64,000 nt of DNA from Thermodesulfobacteriota bacterium. Lineage in GTDB: Bacteria > Desulfobacterota_D > UBA1144. Shown one piece after another: positions 42,155-53,063 of the stretch (the first letter of the stretch is position 1; every line of letters begins with the position of its first letter). The stretch is from assembly GCA_036340075.1 (NCBI GenBank), contig JAYYZJ010000004.1, positions 8,614 to 72,613 on the forward strand, written 5' to 3'. The position numbers and the translations under genes are program-made. Below the pieces are notes generated by a model. It was not told the origin of the DNA and searched no databases. It saw only the letters and a program-made list of their open reading frames with translations.

Positions 42155-42937
42155 CTATTGTGTTTCTAAGTCAAAAACCTTTTTCTTTTTTATTTTCTGC
42201 AAACAGAAGCGAGCTAAACTAAATACTAAATAAGAATAGAACAAGACAAATGATCCAATTTCAATATGAGTCAATATGGCTACAGATATTATAGATACAA
42301 TAACTAATGCATTAAATTTTTTCATTTTGTTCAAAAAAGTCTTTTTAGTAAAAATAATATTGCTAACCATTAACATGCCGACTATAGGAAAGAAGACTAA
42401 AAAAATGTTTCGAACAATATCGTTTCCAAATAATGAGAATTTGTAATCAATAAGAATTAATGAAATTATCAACCCTGCACCCATTGGACTTGGTAGACCA
42501 ACAAAAAAGTTCTCTTTTTCATTATGTGATAATGCATTAAATCTGGAGAGTCTTAATGCAACACATACGACAAAAAAAACACAGCACATTATTCCTAATT
42601 TTCCATAATGAGATAGATAAGTAACATAAATTAGAAAGGATGGTGCAAATCCGAAACAAATTAAATCAGAAAGAGAATCGTAATGCATACCAAACTCAGA
42701 ATCTTTATTAAGTAATCGTGCGATCTTTCCATCTATAAAATCTATAAATGCTGATATATATAAAAAAATACAAGACCACCACAAAGGATTTTCAGTTATC
42801 AATTTAGTATCAATCCCTATAAATGAATTATTACCTGGCAAAATTTTTAGAATATTAAATACTGACAACAATCCAAAGCATAAAGAAAAAGTTGTCAAAA
42901 TATTTGGTATAAGAGATATAATTCTTTTATTTTTCAT
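42155..42937 (-). CDS. pssA: CDP-diacylglycerol--serine O-phosphatidyltransferase
   Basis: DFIDGKIAR..SEFG...DSLSDLICFG CDP-alcohol motif, LRLSRFN, FVGLPSP. Confidence 0.9.
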   Translation of the reverse strand: MKNKRIISLIPNILTTFSLCFGLLSVFNILKILPGNNSFIGIDTKLITENPLWWSCIFLYISAFIDFIDGKIARLLNKDSEFGMHYDSLSDLICFGFAPSFLIYVTYLSHYGKLGIMCCVFFVVCVALRLSRFNALSHNEKENFFVGLPSPMGAGLIISLILIDYKFSLFGNDIVRNIFLVFFPIVGMLMVSNIIFTKKTFLNKMKKFNALVIVSIISVAILTHIEIGSFVLFYSYLVFSLARFCLQKIKKKKVFDLETQ

Positions 42938-42938
42938 A

Positions 42939-43586
42939 TCAACCTTCTTTTCTGAATAATATTGTCTCTCCTGCAACAACATTATCGCCCGGCTTTAGAT
43001 TTGTAATATAAGAAGTTGGAACGTGTATGTCGACTCTAGATCCAAATTTAATTATTCCTATTCTATCACCTCTTTCTAAAACTGAACTAGTATTAATATA
43101 ACTAACTATTCTTCTTGCAATAAACCCTGCATATAAAATTAATACATGACTTTCATTATTTTCTGTTTTTAAATGTAAACATAATCGCTCGTTTTCTATA
43201 GCTTTTTCAGAGTTTGCGAAGTGAAATTCTCCATCATGATGAACATGAGCAACAACCGAAGATTTGATTGGAGAACGAGCTATATGAGCGTCAAAAATTG
43301 AAAGAAAAATGCATATTCTGTGCATTTCATTATTAGTAAATTCAGATTCATTAATTTTATCTATGGATATTATTTTTCCATCGGCCGGTGAAATTATACC
43401 TTCTTCGTTTGGTATAATTCTCTCAGGATCTCGAAAGAAATACAGAATAATTAAAAATACTAGAAAAAGAATCAACGATATGAGAGAAAGACCAAAAAAG
43501 GCAGTTCCTAACCAACAAACAAAGAAAGAAGTTAATATTGGTAAATATCCTTCTTTTGCAACTGACCAATTATAATCTATCTTCAT
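42939..43586 (-). CDS. psd: Phosphatidylserine decarboxylase proenzyme
   Basis: FFRDPER, SPADG, KFGSRVD self-cleavage site. Confidence 0.93.
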   Translation of the reverse strand: MKIDYNWSVAKEGYLPILTSFFVCWLGTAFFGLSLISLILFLVFLIILYFFRDPERIIPNEEGIISPADGKIISIDKINESEFTNNEMHRICIFLSIFDAHIARSPIKSSVVAHVHHDGEFHFANSEKAIENERLCLHLKTENNESHVLILYAGFIARRIVSYINTSSVLERGDRIGIIKFGSRVDIHVPTSYITNLKPGDNVVAGETILFRKEG

Positions 43587-44602
43587 TAGTTTTTAGCTTT
43601 GTCTACTAATTTCCTACGAAAAAGAGGTGTCATCATTGATCTCAAAGTTCCTCCAATATCTTCTATTGGATGAGACTCTCCATCTTTTAACAATTTAGTG
43701 TAATTAGGTCTTCCTGCTTCATTCTCGGCAACCCACTCTTTAGCAAAATCGCCATTTTGAATATCTTTCAAAATCTTTTTCATTCTCTCTTTAACATCTT
43801 TATCGATAACAACTGGGCCTCTTGTAATGTCTCCATACTTAGCTGTATCACTAATTGAGTATCGCATATTTGAAATTCCACCTTCATATATTAAATCGAC
43901 AATTAGTTTCACTTCATGACAACATTCAAAGTAAGCCATTTCAGGGGGATACCCAGCTTCAGTTAGTGTTTCAAAGCCGGCAAGTATCAAGCTAGATACT
44001 CCTCCACATAAAACAGTTTGTTCTCCAAATAAGTCTGTCTCTGTTTCATCTTTAAAGGTTGTTTCAATTACACCAACTCTTGCTGATCCAATTCCTGCCG
44101 CATAAGCCAGAGAGATTTCTTTAGTATCTCCTGAAGGATCTTGATTTATAGCAATCAAAGCAGGTACTCCTGCACCATCTTCGTATTGACCTCGAACTGT
44201 ATGTCCTGGCGCTTTTGGTGCAACCATAAATACATTTATATTTTCGTCTGGAATAATTTGCTTATAATGTATGTTAAAACCATGACCAAATGCTAAATAC
44301 TTTCCGGGTGTTAAGTTTTCTTTTATATTTTCTTCGAATATACCTTTTTGGCTCGTATCAGGGGCAAGAATCATAATAATATCAGATTTTTTCACTAAAT
44401 CTTGAACTTCTAGCACTTCTAATCCTGCTGCTACAGCTTTATCCCAACTTTCACCACCTTTTCTTAGTCCAACTGAAACATTTATTCCTGAGTCTTTTAA
44501 GTTTTGAGCATGCGCATGTCCTTGGCTTCCAAAACCAATAATGCCAACATGTTTTTCTCCTAGTAAATTTAGATTACAGTCTTTTTCATAATATACTTTC
44601 AT
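43586..44602 (-). CDS. ilvC: Ketol-acid reductoisomerase
   Basis: [35 protein letters not shown]. Confidence 0.98.
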   Translation of the reverse strand: MKVYYEKDCNLNLLGEKHVGIIGFGSQGHAHAQNLKDSGINVSVGLRKGGESWDKAVAAGLEVLEVQDLVKKSDIIMILAPDTSQKGIFEENIKENLTPGKYLAFGHGFNIHYKQIIPDENINVFMVAPKAPGHTVRGQYEDGAGVPALIAINQDPSGDTKEISLAYAAGIGSARVGVIETTFKDETETDLFGEQTVLCGGVSSLILAGFETLTEAGYPPEMAYFECCHEVKLIVDLIYEGGISNMRYSISDTAKYGDITRGPVVIDKDVKERMKKILKDIQNGDFAKEWVAENEAGRPNYTKLLKDGESHPIEDIGGTLRSMMTPLFRRKLVDKAKN

Positions 44603-44614
44603 ACTAATTCTCCA

Positions 44615-45097
44615 TTATTTTTTTTCTCTAGGCAGGGAAATTAATCCCGTCCTGGTAACCTCTTTTAAACCTAAAGGTTTTAATTTTTCTAAAAATTCGT
44701 CTACCTGTTCTTTGCTTCCAGAAAACTCTAATGTTAATGATTTTTCTCCAACTTCTAGTATGTTTGATTTGTAATAGCTAGCAGTTTTACTAACTGCAGA
44801 TTGTTTACTTTTATTTGACGTTACTTTCGCTATTACTAGCTCTCTTTGTATACTATTAGTATCAGTAAAATCAGTTACTTTGATAACATTAATCATATTT
44901 TCGAACCTTTTAACAATCTGATCAATTACCCAATCTTCACCAGAAGTTACTAATGTTATTTTAGATAAAGAAGAATTTTCAGTAGGGGCTACGCATAGAC
45001 TTTCTATGTTAAACCCTCTTGCAGTAAATAAACCTGAAATTCTTGCTAAAACACCAGGCTCATTGTCTACTAAAATTGTCAAGATATGACGCACCAA
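44615..45097 (-). CDS. ilvN: Acetolactate synthase small (regulatory) subunit
   Basis: VDNEPGVLARISGLF.ARGFNIESL, C-terminal EVTRTG; SD AAGGAG. Confidence 0.94.
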   Translation of the reverse strand: MVRHILTILVDNEPGVLARISGLFTARGFNIESLCVAPTENSSLSKITLVTSGEDWVIDQIVKRFENMINVIKVTDFTDTNSIQRELVIAKVTSNKSKQSAVSKTASYYKSNILEVGEKSLTLEFSGSKEQVDEFLEKLKPLGLKEVTRTGLISLPREKK

Positions 45098-45153
45098 AAT
45101 CTCCTTTTTTAGAAATAACTATAATAAACTAATTTAAAAGTATTATATAGTAA

Positions 45154-46707
45154 TCAGATTAGAATTTCGATTAGCCTCAAACCCTTGTGAGATAAATGTT
45201 TTTTTAGCTGATTTTTAATATTCTTACCAAGATTTATTGTTACAGATTTTACACCAAAGGATTGGCCCATCATCTTATAGTCTGGATTTTCATGCCCTTT
45301 TCCATTTAATTGAGAATCTTCATTTAAAACTATAATTGTCAAATCTAATTTTTGTTCTCTTGCAACGATTAATTCTTGCATATTAAATTGAAAATTCTCT
45401 CCAGAAGAGATACTGACAACTTTACTTCTAGGTCGAGAAAATTTTGCTCCGATTGCTGCAGGGAAGCCATATCCCGGGGTACCTACCCCTCCCGACATGA
45501 TACTGTTTCTGTAATCTGTAAAATTATAGAATTGCTGTAGATTAACATCTTCATAACTAAAATCGGAACATATTATCGCCTTGTCTCCTAAAAGTTCAGA
45601 CAAAGTTGAGAATATAAATGCCTTTTTGTTTTTAGAAATTATTTTTAATTTGTTTTCAGAATTCTTTTTATGTAATAAACTCAGGTCTTCTTTGTCCCAA
45701 CTAAACTTCATCTTATCTTTCAATCTAGAAAAGGCTTCTAGAAAAAAAGAAGAGTTGGTTAATATGTTCAAAATATTTTTATTATCATTAAGGAACTGCG
45801 TATTGTCTATATTGACGACTACCATTTTCTTTCCATCTAAAGATGATTCTGGGATGATTTTCTTTAAATCACATCCGATTGATATTATTAGATCAGACTC
45901 GTTAATTAAAATATTTGAGGCATAAGAACCTTCTTCCCCAACTAATCCAAAATTATTTTTACTTTTTCCTAAAACACCAAGAGATAGAATTGATGACAAG
46001 GAAGGTATTTTGAAAATTTGTGAAATTTTTTCTATATATTTAGTATTTGATTCAGCACAGCTCCCTCTGCCATAAATTAATAAGGGCTTGTTAGAATTTT
46101 TTAATGCGGATTTGAACTTATTGAAATCTTTTTTTTGTAATTCTGGATTCTCAGAATAATTTTTAAGTTTTACTTTGTTTGGTATCTTAAATTCACTCTC
46201 GCCAATCAAAACATCTTTGGGCATGTCGACAAGTACTGGTCCTTTTCTGCCAGTTGATGATATATGTAAAGCTTCGGCAATAGCTTTTGGTAAATCCACA
46301 GTTTTCCTAACTAAAGTATTATGCTTTGTGCAGGAACGTGTTATTCCAATATGATCAGCTTCTTGAAATGCATCACTCCCCAAGAAAGGTACTGGGACTT
46401 GGCCTGTAAATATTAATACTGGAACTGAATCTATATGAGCTGTGGTTATTCCAGTAACTGTATTAGTTGCAGCAGGTCCAGAAGTACATAGAATAACACC
46501 AGGCAAATTACTGGCTCGGGCAAAACCATCTGCCATATGAGTAGCAGCTTGCTCATGTCTAGTTAATATATGTGTTATTTTTTTTGCATATGATGGCATA
46601 ACATCATAAATTTTTAATACATATCCGCCAGGCAAACCAAATATTATTCTTATTCCAAGCTTATATAATGACTCAAAGAAAAGTTCTGCACCTAGATATT
46701 TTTTCAT
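45154..46707 (-). CDS. ilvB: Acetolactate synthase large-subunit homologue with degenerate FAD and ThDP-diphosphate domains
   Basis: N-terminal FGLPGG, RHEQ, TSGP, GQV, DAFQEAD, PKD conserved; GDG motif reads SGE; first gene of the ilvB-ilvN-ilvC cluster. Confidence 0.85.
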   Translation of the reverse strand: MKKYLGAELFFESLYKLGIRIIFGLPGGYVLKIYDVMPSYAKKITHILTRHEQAATHMADGFARASNLPGVILCTSGPAATNTVTGITTAHIDSVPVLIFTGQVPVPFLGSDAFQEADHIGITRSCTKHNTLVRKTVDLPKAIAEALHISSTGRKGPVLVDMPKDVLIGESEFKIPNKVKLKNYSENPELQKKDFNKFKSALKNSNKPLLIYGRGSCAESNTKYIEKISQIFKIPSLSSILSLGVLGKSKNNFGLVGEEGSYASNILINESDLIISIGCDLKKIIPESSLDGKKMVVVNIDNTQFLNDNKNILNILTNSSFFLEAFSRLKDKMKFSWDKEDLSLLHKKNSENKLKIISKNKKAFIFSTLSELLGDKAIICSDFSYEDVNLQQFYNFTDYRNSIMSGGVGTPGYGFPAAIGAKFSRPRSKVVSISSGENFQFNMQELIVAREQKLDLTIIVLNEDSQLNGKGHENPDYKMMGQSFGVKSVTINLGKNIKNQLKKHLSHKGLRLIEILI

Positions 46708-46722
46708 TTCGATTATTATATA

Positions 46723-47394
46723 TTAATTTTCTTCATTAACTACAAAAGAATAAGTATTAAAAGGAGATAGTGGAGACTCTCTGAAGATTAGCTTATCGTT
46801 ATAATCTAAATCAATATTATGAAGAAATTTAGAACTGGTAACAAAATTTTCATTTCCCACGAAAAGCTCCTGTTTCTTATCCTTTAATATCTCTTTGCAC
46901 ATCTCTCTTCCAGTACCTACAATTGTAGTGTCTTGGAAATCAATGGATGCAAAATTATTTAAATCAATCTTGAAATCATATTCCGAGAGGACTATTTTTT
47001 TTTCTATTTTAGAAAATTTTGCATAAGCTAGATTCTTGTTTTTTAAATCAAACACTACAATTAGATTTTTGTAATTATATTCGCAATTAAACCCATAAGT
47101 TAGAAACGAAGATATTCCATAAACTGGTATTTTTACAAAATTAGCAAAAACATTGGCAGTAGAAATACCTACCCTTAAGGATGAAAGGTTGCCAGGTCCA
47201 ACATTTACTCTAACTTGAGTAACATCTTCTACTTTCATAGATGAAACAAGAAACAATTCTTTAATCATAGGAGACAAGAGTTCACAATGATTTGGTTTTT
47301 TGTTCTTCTCTTCTAATAAAAATAAGATTTCTTTTTCTGATGAAAGGCAAACGCTTGTATTAGTTTGTGAAGTGTCAATATTAAGAGATAACAT
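46723..47394 (-). CDS. tsaB: tRNA t6A biosynthesis protein TsaB
   Basis: NIDTS, H..LL.P.I, VGPGN..SLRVG. Confidence 0.8.
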   Translation of the reverse strand: MLSLNIDTSQTNTSVCLSSEKEILFLLEEKNKKPNHCELLSPMIKELFLVSSMKVEDVTQVRVNVGPGNLSSLRVGISTANVFANFVKIPVYGISSFLTYGFNCEYNYKNLIVVFDLKNKNLAYAKFSKIEKKIVLSEYDFKIDLNNFASIDFQDTTIVGTGREMCKEILKDKKQELFVGNENFVTSSKFLHNIDLDYNDKLIFRESPLSPFNTYSFVVNEEN

Positions 47395-47401
47395 TAAATA
47401 A

Positions 47402-48439
47402 TTAATTCTTTGAAATAATTTTTTTCTTTATTTCTTTTTCCAATTGGTTTGCCAACTTAGTGTTATCTTCTAGGAACTTCTGTGCATTATCTCTTCCTTG
47501 ACCTATTCTTTCATCTGAATAAGAGAACCATGCTCCTGCTTTATCCACGAAACCAAACTCAACACCTAAGTCGATAAGTTCGCCATATCTTGATATACCT
47601 TTTCCAAATATAATATCCATTTCTGCTTCTTTGAATGGTGGTGCCACCTTGTTTTTAACTACTTTGACTCTAACTCTGTTTCCAACAACACTTTCAGTTG
47701 TTTTTATCGATGCAATCCTTCTTACATCAAGCCTAACAGAAGAATAAAATTTTAAAGCATTTCCTCCTGTGGTTGTTTCTGGACTCATATATGCTGGCAC
47801 TCCGATTTTCATTCTAAGTTGATTAATAAAAATTACTGTAGATTTTGATTTTGATACCGTGGCTGTGATTTTCCTTAAAGCTTGAGACATAAGTCTGGCT
47901 TGTCTTCCAACATGCGTATCCCCCATCTCTCCATCTAATTCGGCTTTTGGAGTTAAGGCAGCAACTGAGTCAATAACAACCATATCAACAGATGCGCTCC
48001 TAACTAATTGATCGACGATTTCCAAAGCTTGTTCTCCATAATCTGGCTGAGATATAAGGAGCTCTTCTGTTTTAATTCCTAATCCTTTTGCATATGTTGG
48101 ATCAAAAGCATGTTCCGCATCAACAAAAGCAGTTATTCCACCGTTTTTTTGTGTTTCTGCAATAGCATGAAGTGCTAAAGTAGTTTTTCCTGAAGCTTCA
48201 GGACCATAAACTTCAATTATTCTTCCTCTAGGAAACCCTCCAACACCAAGCGCGGAATCAAGGCCAATAGAACCAGTAGGAATTGAACTAACGTTCTTAA
48301 CCGTAGAATCATCATCATCTAATCTCATTATAGAACCTTTTCCAAATTGTTTTTCTATAGATGAAATAGTTGCTTCAATGGTCTTCTTTTTATCTTTGTC
48401 TGAATCTTTTTCGGGAATTTCTGTTTTTGCTTGTGCCAA
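47402..48439 (-). CDS. recA: Recombinase RecA
   Basis: [34 protein letters not shown] start at 48439 after SD AAGGAG. Confidence 0.98.
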   Translation of the reverse strand: MAQAKTEIPEKDSDKDKKKTIEATISSIEKQFGKGSIMRLDDDDSTVKNVSSIPTGSIGLDSALGVGGFPRGRIIEVYGPEASGKTTLALHAIAETQKNGGITAFVDAEHAFDPTYAKGLGIKTEELLISQPDYGEQALEIVDQLVRSASVDMVVIDSVAALTPKAELDGEMGDTHVGRQARLMSQALRKITATVSKSKSTVIFINQLRMKIGVPAYMSPETTTGGNALKFYSSVRLDVRRIASIKTTESVVGNRVRVKVVKNKVAPPFKEAEMDIIFGKGISRYGELIDLGVEFGFVDKAGAWFSYSDERIGQGRDNAQKFLEDNTKLANQLEKEIKKKIISKN

Positions 48440-48486
48440 AATGTGCTCCTTTTTGATACTATACAGCATTTAACAAATTGTTTCTA

Positions 48487-49734
48487 TCAATTAATTAATT
48501 CTTTTCTAAGTTTATCTAACGCAATCAAGCAAGTTCTCAATTTAATAGATTCTCTATTCCCCGACAATGAATACTTAGTTACTCTAGTGCCTTTTTTAGA
48601 ACTTAATCCAATAAAAACTGTACCAACAGGCTTATCTTTTGTACCTCCAGTTGGTCCAGCAATGCCAGAGATAGCAACTGAAATATCGGTGTTTGATTTA
48701 TTTCTGATATTTTTTGCCATTTCAGAAACTACGTTTTTGCTAACAGCCCCATAAGTCAATAAAGATTTACTCTTAACATCTAATATTGATTCTTTAGCTT
48801 TATTACTATAGGTTATTGCACCAAATTCAAAAAACTTTGAGGATCCTGGCACATCGGTAATCATGCTAGACAACAATCCTCCTGTACATGATTCAGCAAT
48901 AGATATTTTAACTTTCTTTTCTAAAGCAATAAGAACGACATGGTGTGCAAGAGTAATGTTCTCGTCTGTAAAAATAAGGTCTCCCAAAACCTTTCTTATT
49001 TTCTTTTCTGTAGCAAGGGTCTCTTTTTTTGCATCTGACAAAGTATTAGATTGAGTAATTAGCCTTAAATGGATTTCATAATTATAAGGTCTAAAACCTA
49101 TATAGGTTCTTTTTCGTGAAATCTTATTTATTCTTTCCGCAACTTCAGACTCAGGAGCACCAAAAATCTTCAGGGTTTTTGAAAAAGAATAAAGTTTCAT
49201 CTTTTTTTGAACACTTGCTAAATCTTTTAAAAAACTATTTTTTATCATTGAATTAAATTCTTTTGGGACACCTGGAAAGAAATAAAATTTAGTAGAAGAT
49301 TTGGTTAAAGTGAAGCCTGAAGCAGTTCCGTTAACATTATTAATAATAGAGCTACCTTTTGGAAAATAAGCCTGCTTCTTATTCAATGAGCTGTATTTTC
49401 GTTTTCTTTTTGCAAAAAGTTTTTTTATCTTCTCTTCTTCTTTCTTAATAAATATCAATTCTTTGCTAAAATATTCTGATGCTACCTCTCTAGTTAAATC
49501 ATCTTCGGTTGGTCCCAGCCCGCCAGTAATAATTACAAATGATGAACGGGAATTAGCAATCTTAAGAGCTGAAATGATATCGTTTTTGGAGTCTCCCACA
49601 CATTGATGGTAACGAATTTTCAAACCCATTGTGAAAACTTTTTCTGCAATTGAAAAAAAATTTGTATCGAGAGTTGTTCCGCTTAGGAGCTCCTCGCCAG
49701 TGGTTATTATTTCTATATTAGAATCTTTCTTCAT
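48487..49734 (-). CDS. cinA: Competence/damage-inducible protein CinA (MocF-like domain plus NMN deamidase)
   Basis: GEELLSG, TGGLGPTEDD, AESCTGG, SGIAGP..G...KPVG. Confidence 0.93.
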   Translation of the reverse strand: MKKDSNIEIITTGEELLSGTTLDTNFFSIAEKVFTMGLKIRYHQCVGDSKNDIISALKIANSRSSFVIITGGLGPTEDDLTREVASEYFSKELIFIKKEEEKIKKLFAKRKRKYSSLNKKQAYFPKGSSIINNVNGTASGFTLTKSSTKFYFFPGVPKEFNSMIKNSFLKDLASVQKKMKLYSFSKTLKIFGAPESEVAERINKISRKRTYIGFRPYNYEIHLRLITQSNTLSDAKKETLATEKKIRKVLGDLIFTDENITLAHHVVLIALEKKVKISIAESCTGGLLSSMITDVPGSSKFFEFGAITYSNKAKESILDVKSKSLLTYGAVSKNVVSEMAKNIRNKSNTDISVAISGIAGPTGGTKDKPVGTVFIGLSSKKGTRVTKYSLSGNRESIKLRTCLIALDKLRKELIN

Positions 49735-49817
49735 TTATCAATTTAATAATACCTTGAATATACCTTTGTAATGCGTAAACTCTCTTAAATAATAAGTAAA
49801 TTAAGTTTGGAGAAATA

Positions 49818-50621
49818 ATGAAGATAGAAAACTGGCTTGAAGGTCACTGGGCTTTGATTCTGGGTTCCTCTAGCGGATTTGGAGCAGAGGTTTCAATAAA
49901 ACTCTCAGAATATGGAGTTAACATAATTGGGGTTCATCTTGATAGGAAAGGTACAATGAAAAATGTTGAGGACATTGTTGCTAAAATTAAGAGTAATGGG
50001 GTTAAAACGGAATTTTTTAATATCAATGCTGCAGATGAAACTAAAAGAAAAGAATGTTTAGATTCAGCTCTAAAATTAATTGAGAGTTCTGAGAAAAAAA
50101 TTAAAATTCTATTACACTCACTAGCATTTGGATCTTTAAAGCCTTATGTTTCAAGCGATTCCGAAAAAAACGTTACACAAAAGAATATGGATATGACTTT
50201 AGATGTCATGGCTAATTCTCTTGTGTATTGGGCACAAGATGTTCACTCAAGAAATCTTTTTAGCACAAAAGCACGCATCTATGCTATGACGAGTGCTGGT
50301 AGTAGAAAAATATGGCCAACGTATGGCCCTGTCTCTGCAGCCAAATGTGCTCTTGAATCTCATATCAGACAGTTGGCAGTTGAACTTGCACCAAGCGGAA
50401 TAACAGCAAACTCTCTTTGTGCCGGTGTTACTTTAACACCCGCCTTGGAAAAAATTCCAGGCAATGATGCCATCGTAGAAGGAGCATTGAAAAGCAATCC
50501 AAGCAATAGACTAACTTTAACAGAAGATATTTCTGGAAGCATTGTGGCTCTATCTCATCCTGGAGCAGACTGGATAACTGGCAACATAATTAGAGTTGAT
50601 GGTGGAGAAGAGTTATCTTAA
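49818..50621 (+). CDS. SDR family oxidoreductase, enoyl-ACP reductase (FabL/FabI)-like
   Basis: GSSSGFG Rossmann motif, YGPVSAAK (Y-X6-K), VDGG. Confidence 0.8.
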   Translation: MKIENWLEGHWALILGSSSGFGAEVSIKLSEYGVNIIGVHLDRKGTMKNVEDIVAKIKSNGVKTEFFNINAADETKRKECLDSALKLIESSEKKIKILLHSLAFGSLKPYVSSDSEKNVTQKNMDMTLDVMANSLVYWAQDVHSRNLFSTKARIYAMTSAGSRKIWPTYGPVSAAKCALESHIRQLAVELAPSGITANSLCAGVTLTPALEKIPGNDAIVEGALKSNPSNRLTLTEDISGSIVALSHPGADWITGNIIRVDGGEELS

Positions 50622-51988
50622 TGGATTATGAATTACAAGTTTATAATTCTCTAAAAAACAAAAAAGAAATCTTCAAGGAAATTAATCCTGGAAAGATTGG
50701 CATATATGTTTGTGGTCCGACCGTGTACAGCAGCTCTCACATGGGACATGCACGTTCTGCAATAGTTTTTGACTCTATAGTTAGATTTTTAAGATTTATA
50801 GGATATGAAACTACTTATGTTAGAAATTTTACTGATGTGGACGACAAAATAATTAATAGAGCTAACGAAGAAGGAGTCTCTGTTGAATCGATTGCCAATA
50901 AATATAAGTCGGAATATGTTGATGATATGGTCAATCTTGGGTGTATTGATCCAAACTTTCAACCATGCGTATCAGAGAATATTCAAGAAATCATAGAATT
51001 GATAGAAAAAATTATTACAACTGGTCATGCATATGTAGCAAATAATGAAGTTTACTATGATATAAATAAATTTTCAGATTATGGAAAACTCTCAAATCAG
51101 AGTACCGATTTAATGCTTTCAAACAGCAGATTAGAACTTAATCCAAACAAAAAAAATGATTTGGATTTTGCCTTATGGAAATCATCTAAGAAAGATGAGC
51201 CCTCTTGGGAAAGTCCTTGGGGACCAGGTAGACCTGGTTGGCATATAGAATGCTCTTGTATGAGCATGAAATATCTAGGTGAAACATTTGATTTTCATGG
51301 CGGAGGAAGAGATTTAATTTTTCCCCATCATGAAAATGAAATTGCTCAATCAGAATGTGTTACAAAGAAAAAATTTGCAAATTATTGGCTTCATAATGGA
51401 TTAATCAATATAAACAATGAGAAAATGTCAAAATCAGTAGGGAATATAATTAATATTAGAGATGCTCTTAAAATTTGGAACAAAGATATTGTAAGAGTTT
51501 TTTTTCTAACACATCATTACAGAACACCAGTAGATTTATCAAATGAGAAACTGAAAGAGATTGAAAAAACACTTTTAAAAATTAATAAAAACCTAGAAAC
51601 AAAAAATAATAACTCTACCTCTAATAGTTGTAATGATTTTAAAAAATTATGGATTAATGCTATGTTAGATGATTTCAACACCGCTAAAGCTTTTGGTTAT
51701 TATTTTAAATATATAAATGAAGGTCTTCTTTCATTAAAGGATAATGAATTCATAGAAGAATTTGAAAAAACTATGGGTATCTTTGGATGGAGAAATCAGT
51801 TTGTAGAAAATCAAACATCAACCATCAAGCCCAACGAAGAAGAGATTGCATTATTAATAGCTGATAGAAACAGAGCTAGAAATGAAAAAGATTGGGAAAA
51901 AGCTGACGAACTAAGATTAGAAGCAGAAAAACTTGGAATCAAACTTATAGATTCAAAAGATGGAACAAGCTGGGAAGAGATTAATTAA
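50621..51988 (+). CDS. cysS: Cysteine--tRNA ligase
   Basis: [38 protein letters not shown]. Confidence 0.97.
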   Translation: MDYELQVYNSLKNKKEIFKEINPGKIGIYVCGPTVYSSSHMGHARSAIVFDSIVRFLRFIGYETTYVRNFTDVDDKIINRANEEGVSVESIANKYKSEYVDDMVNLGCIDPNFQPCVSENIQEIIELIEKIITTGHAYVANNEVYYDINKFSDYGKLSNQSTDLMLSNSRLELNPNKKNDLDFALWKSSKKDEPSWESPWGPGRPGWHIECSCMSMKYLGETFDFHGGGRDLIFPHHENEIAQSECVTKKKFANYWLHNGLININNEKMSKSVGNIINIRDALKIWNKDIVRVFFLTHHYRTPVDLSNEKLKEIEKTLLKINKNLETKNNNSTSNSCNDFKKLWINAMLDDFNTAKAFGYYFKYINEGLLSLKDNEFIEEFEKTMGIFGWRNQFVENQTSTIKPNEEEIALLIADRNRARNEKDWEKADELRLEAEKLGIKLIDSKDGTSWEEIN

Positions 51989-52962
51989 ACACCTATTAGC
52001 TCTTTAGCTTTACTTAGCACTGGAGCTTGAGTTTCTCCTCTACAACCAAACCAGCAAGTATTGCACTTGGTTTCAGTAAAAAAGTCTGGGGTGTAATCAG
52101 TATAATGACAAACGGCTGGCATTTCAGAACATCTTTTTACATGTCCATCTGGAGTTACTGTTATCATTGAACTACCAGCATTACATTTAGGTCCATAACC
52201 ATTTTTAAAAAATAGGGGAACCTGTTTTAAATAATAGTCGCTTGAAACTATAGTGTCGCCCCACTCTTTCTTTAGTCTTATTAGTTCATTGGTAACATCT
52301 TCAACTTTTTGAATCTGCTCCTTAACAAAATGTTCCTCATTATTTGCCTTCATTACAGAATAAGAGCTATATGAAATGTTTGCTCCCCAATCTTTTGCTT
52401 GTTTCGCCATATCTATCATCTGGTCTAAATTTTCATCCATTATAATAGTGTTGATTGATATAGTCTTCTTTAGTTTGGTGGAAATTTCTGGTATCAGATT
52501 TGATATATGATTCCATAAACCGTTAACTCCCCTATTCTTAGAATGTCTGTCTCCTAAGAAGTCCAAAGAAATTGCAATTTGATCTATGCCTGCGTCATAG
52601 AGTTCTTTAGCTTTATCTATGTTGAGCATATCTCCCTTTGTGATTATTCCTGTGTAGGTAAAAAAAGATGCTGATTTAATTTGCTTAATAATATCCACAA
52701 TATCTTTTCTTAGCATTGGTTCTCCACCAGTGACCATAACAACTAATGGATTAATTTTTTTTATTAAATCAGAATAATCATCTAATCTTTCTTCGTTCTT
52801 AGTCTGCCAATAATCACAGAAATCGCATCTCGCATTACACAGTTTTGTTACTTCAAGGTTTATCAATTTTGGTGATTTTGTTGCACTGGTTTGTACCCAC
52901 TTTGACAAGCCCAGGACGCTAAAATTAAAAGACTCTAAAAAAGATTTGTTTCTATCCAGCAT
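51985..52962 (-). CDS. Radical SAM protein with C-terminal SPASM/twitch-like Cys cluster
   Basis: CNARCDFC, TGGEP, CNAG..TPDG...C, CNTCWFGCR. Confidence 0.85.
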   Translation of the reverse strand: MLDRNKSFLESFNFSVLGLSKWVQTSATKSPKLINLEVTKLCNARCDFCDYWQTKNEERLDDYSDLIKKINPLVVMVTGGEPMLRKDIVDIIKQIKSASFFTYTGIITKGDMLNIDKAKELYDAGIDQIAISLDFLGDRHSKNRGVNGLWNHISNLIPEISTKLKKTISINTIIMDENLDQMIDMAKQAKDWGANISYSSYSVMKANNEEHFVKEQIQKVEDVTNELIRLKKEWGDTIVSSDYYLKQVPLFFKNGYGPKCNAGSSMITVTPDGHVKRCSEMPAVCHYTDYTPDFFTETKCNTCWFGCRGETQAPVLSKAKELIGV

Positions 52963-53063
52963 TATTATTAAAAGAAATTATTACTAAGAATTGTATTTAA
53001 TTCAATTAAGAGAAATTCTTAAATTACTATTGTAATTCTTATTTATGGTTTATGATTTAGAAT

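Noticed and set aside
45154..46707. ilvB as a pseudogene
   Set aside because: The frame is intact for 517 codons and the N-terminal domain is strongly conserved; reported as a finding instead.
46723..47394. Diverged TsaB motif (GPGNLSSLR)
   Set aside because: TsaB is non-catalytic and evolves fast; this is ordinary divergence.
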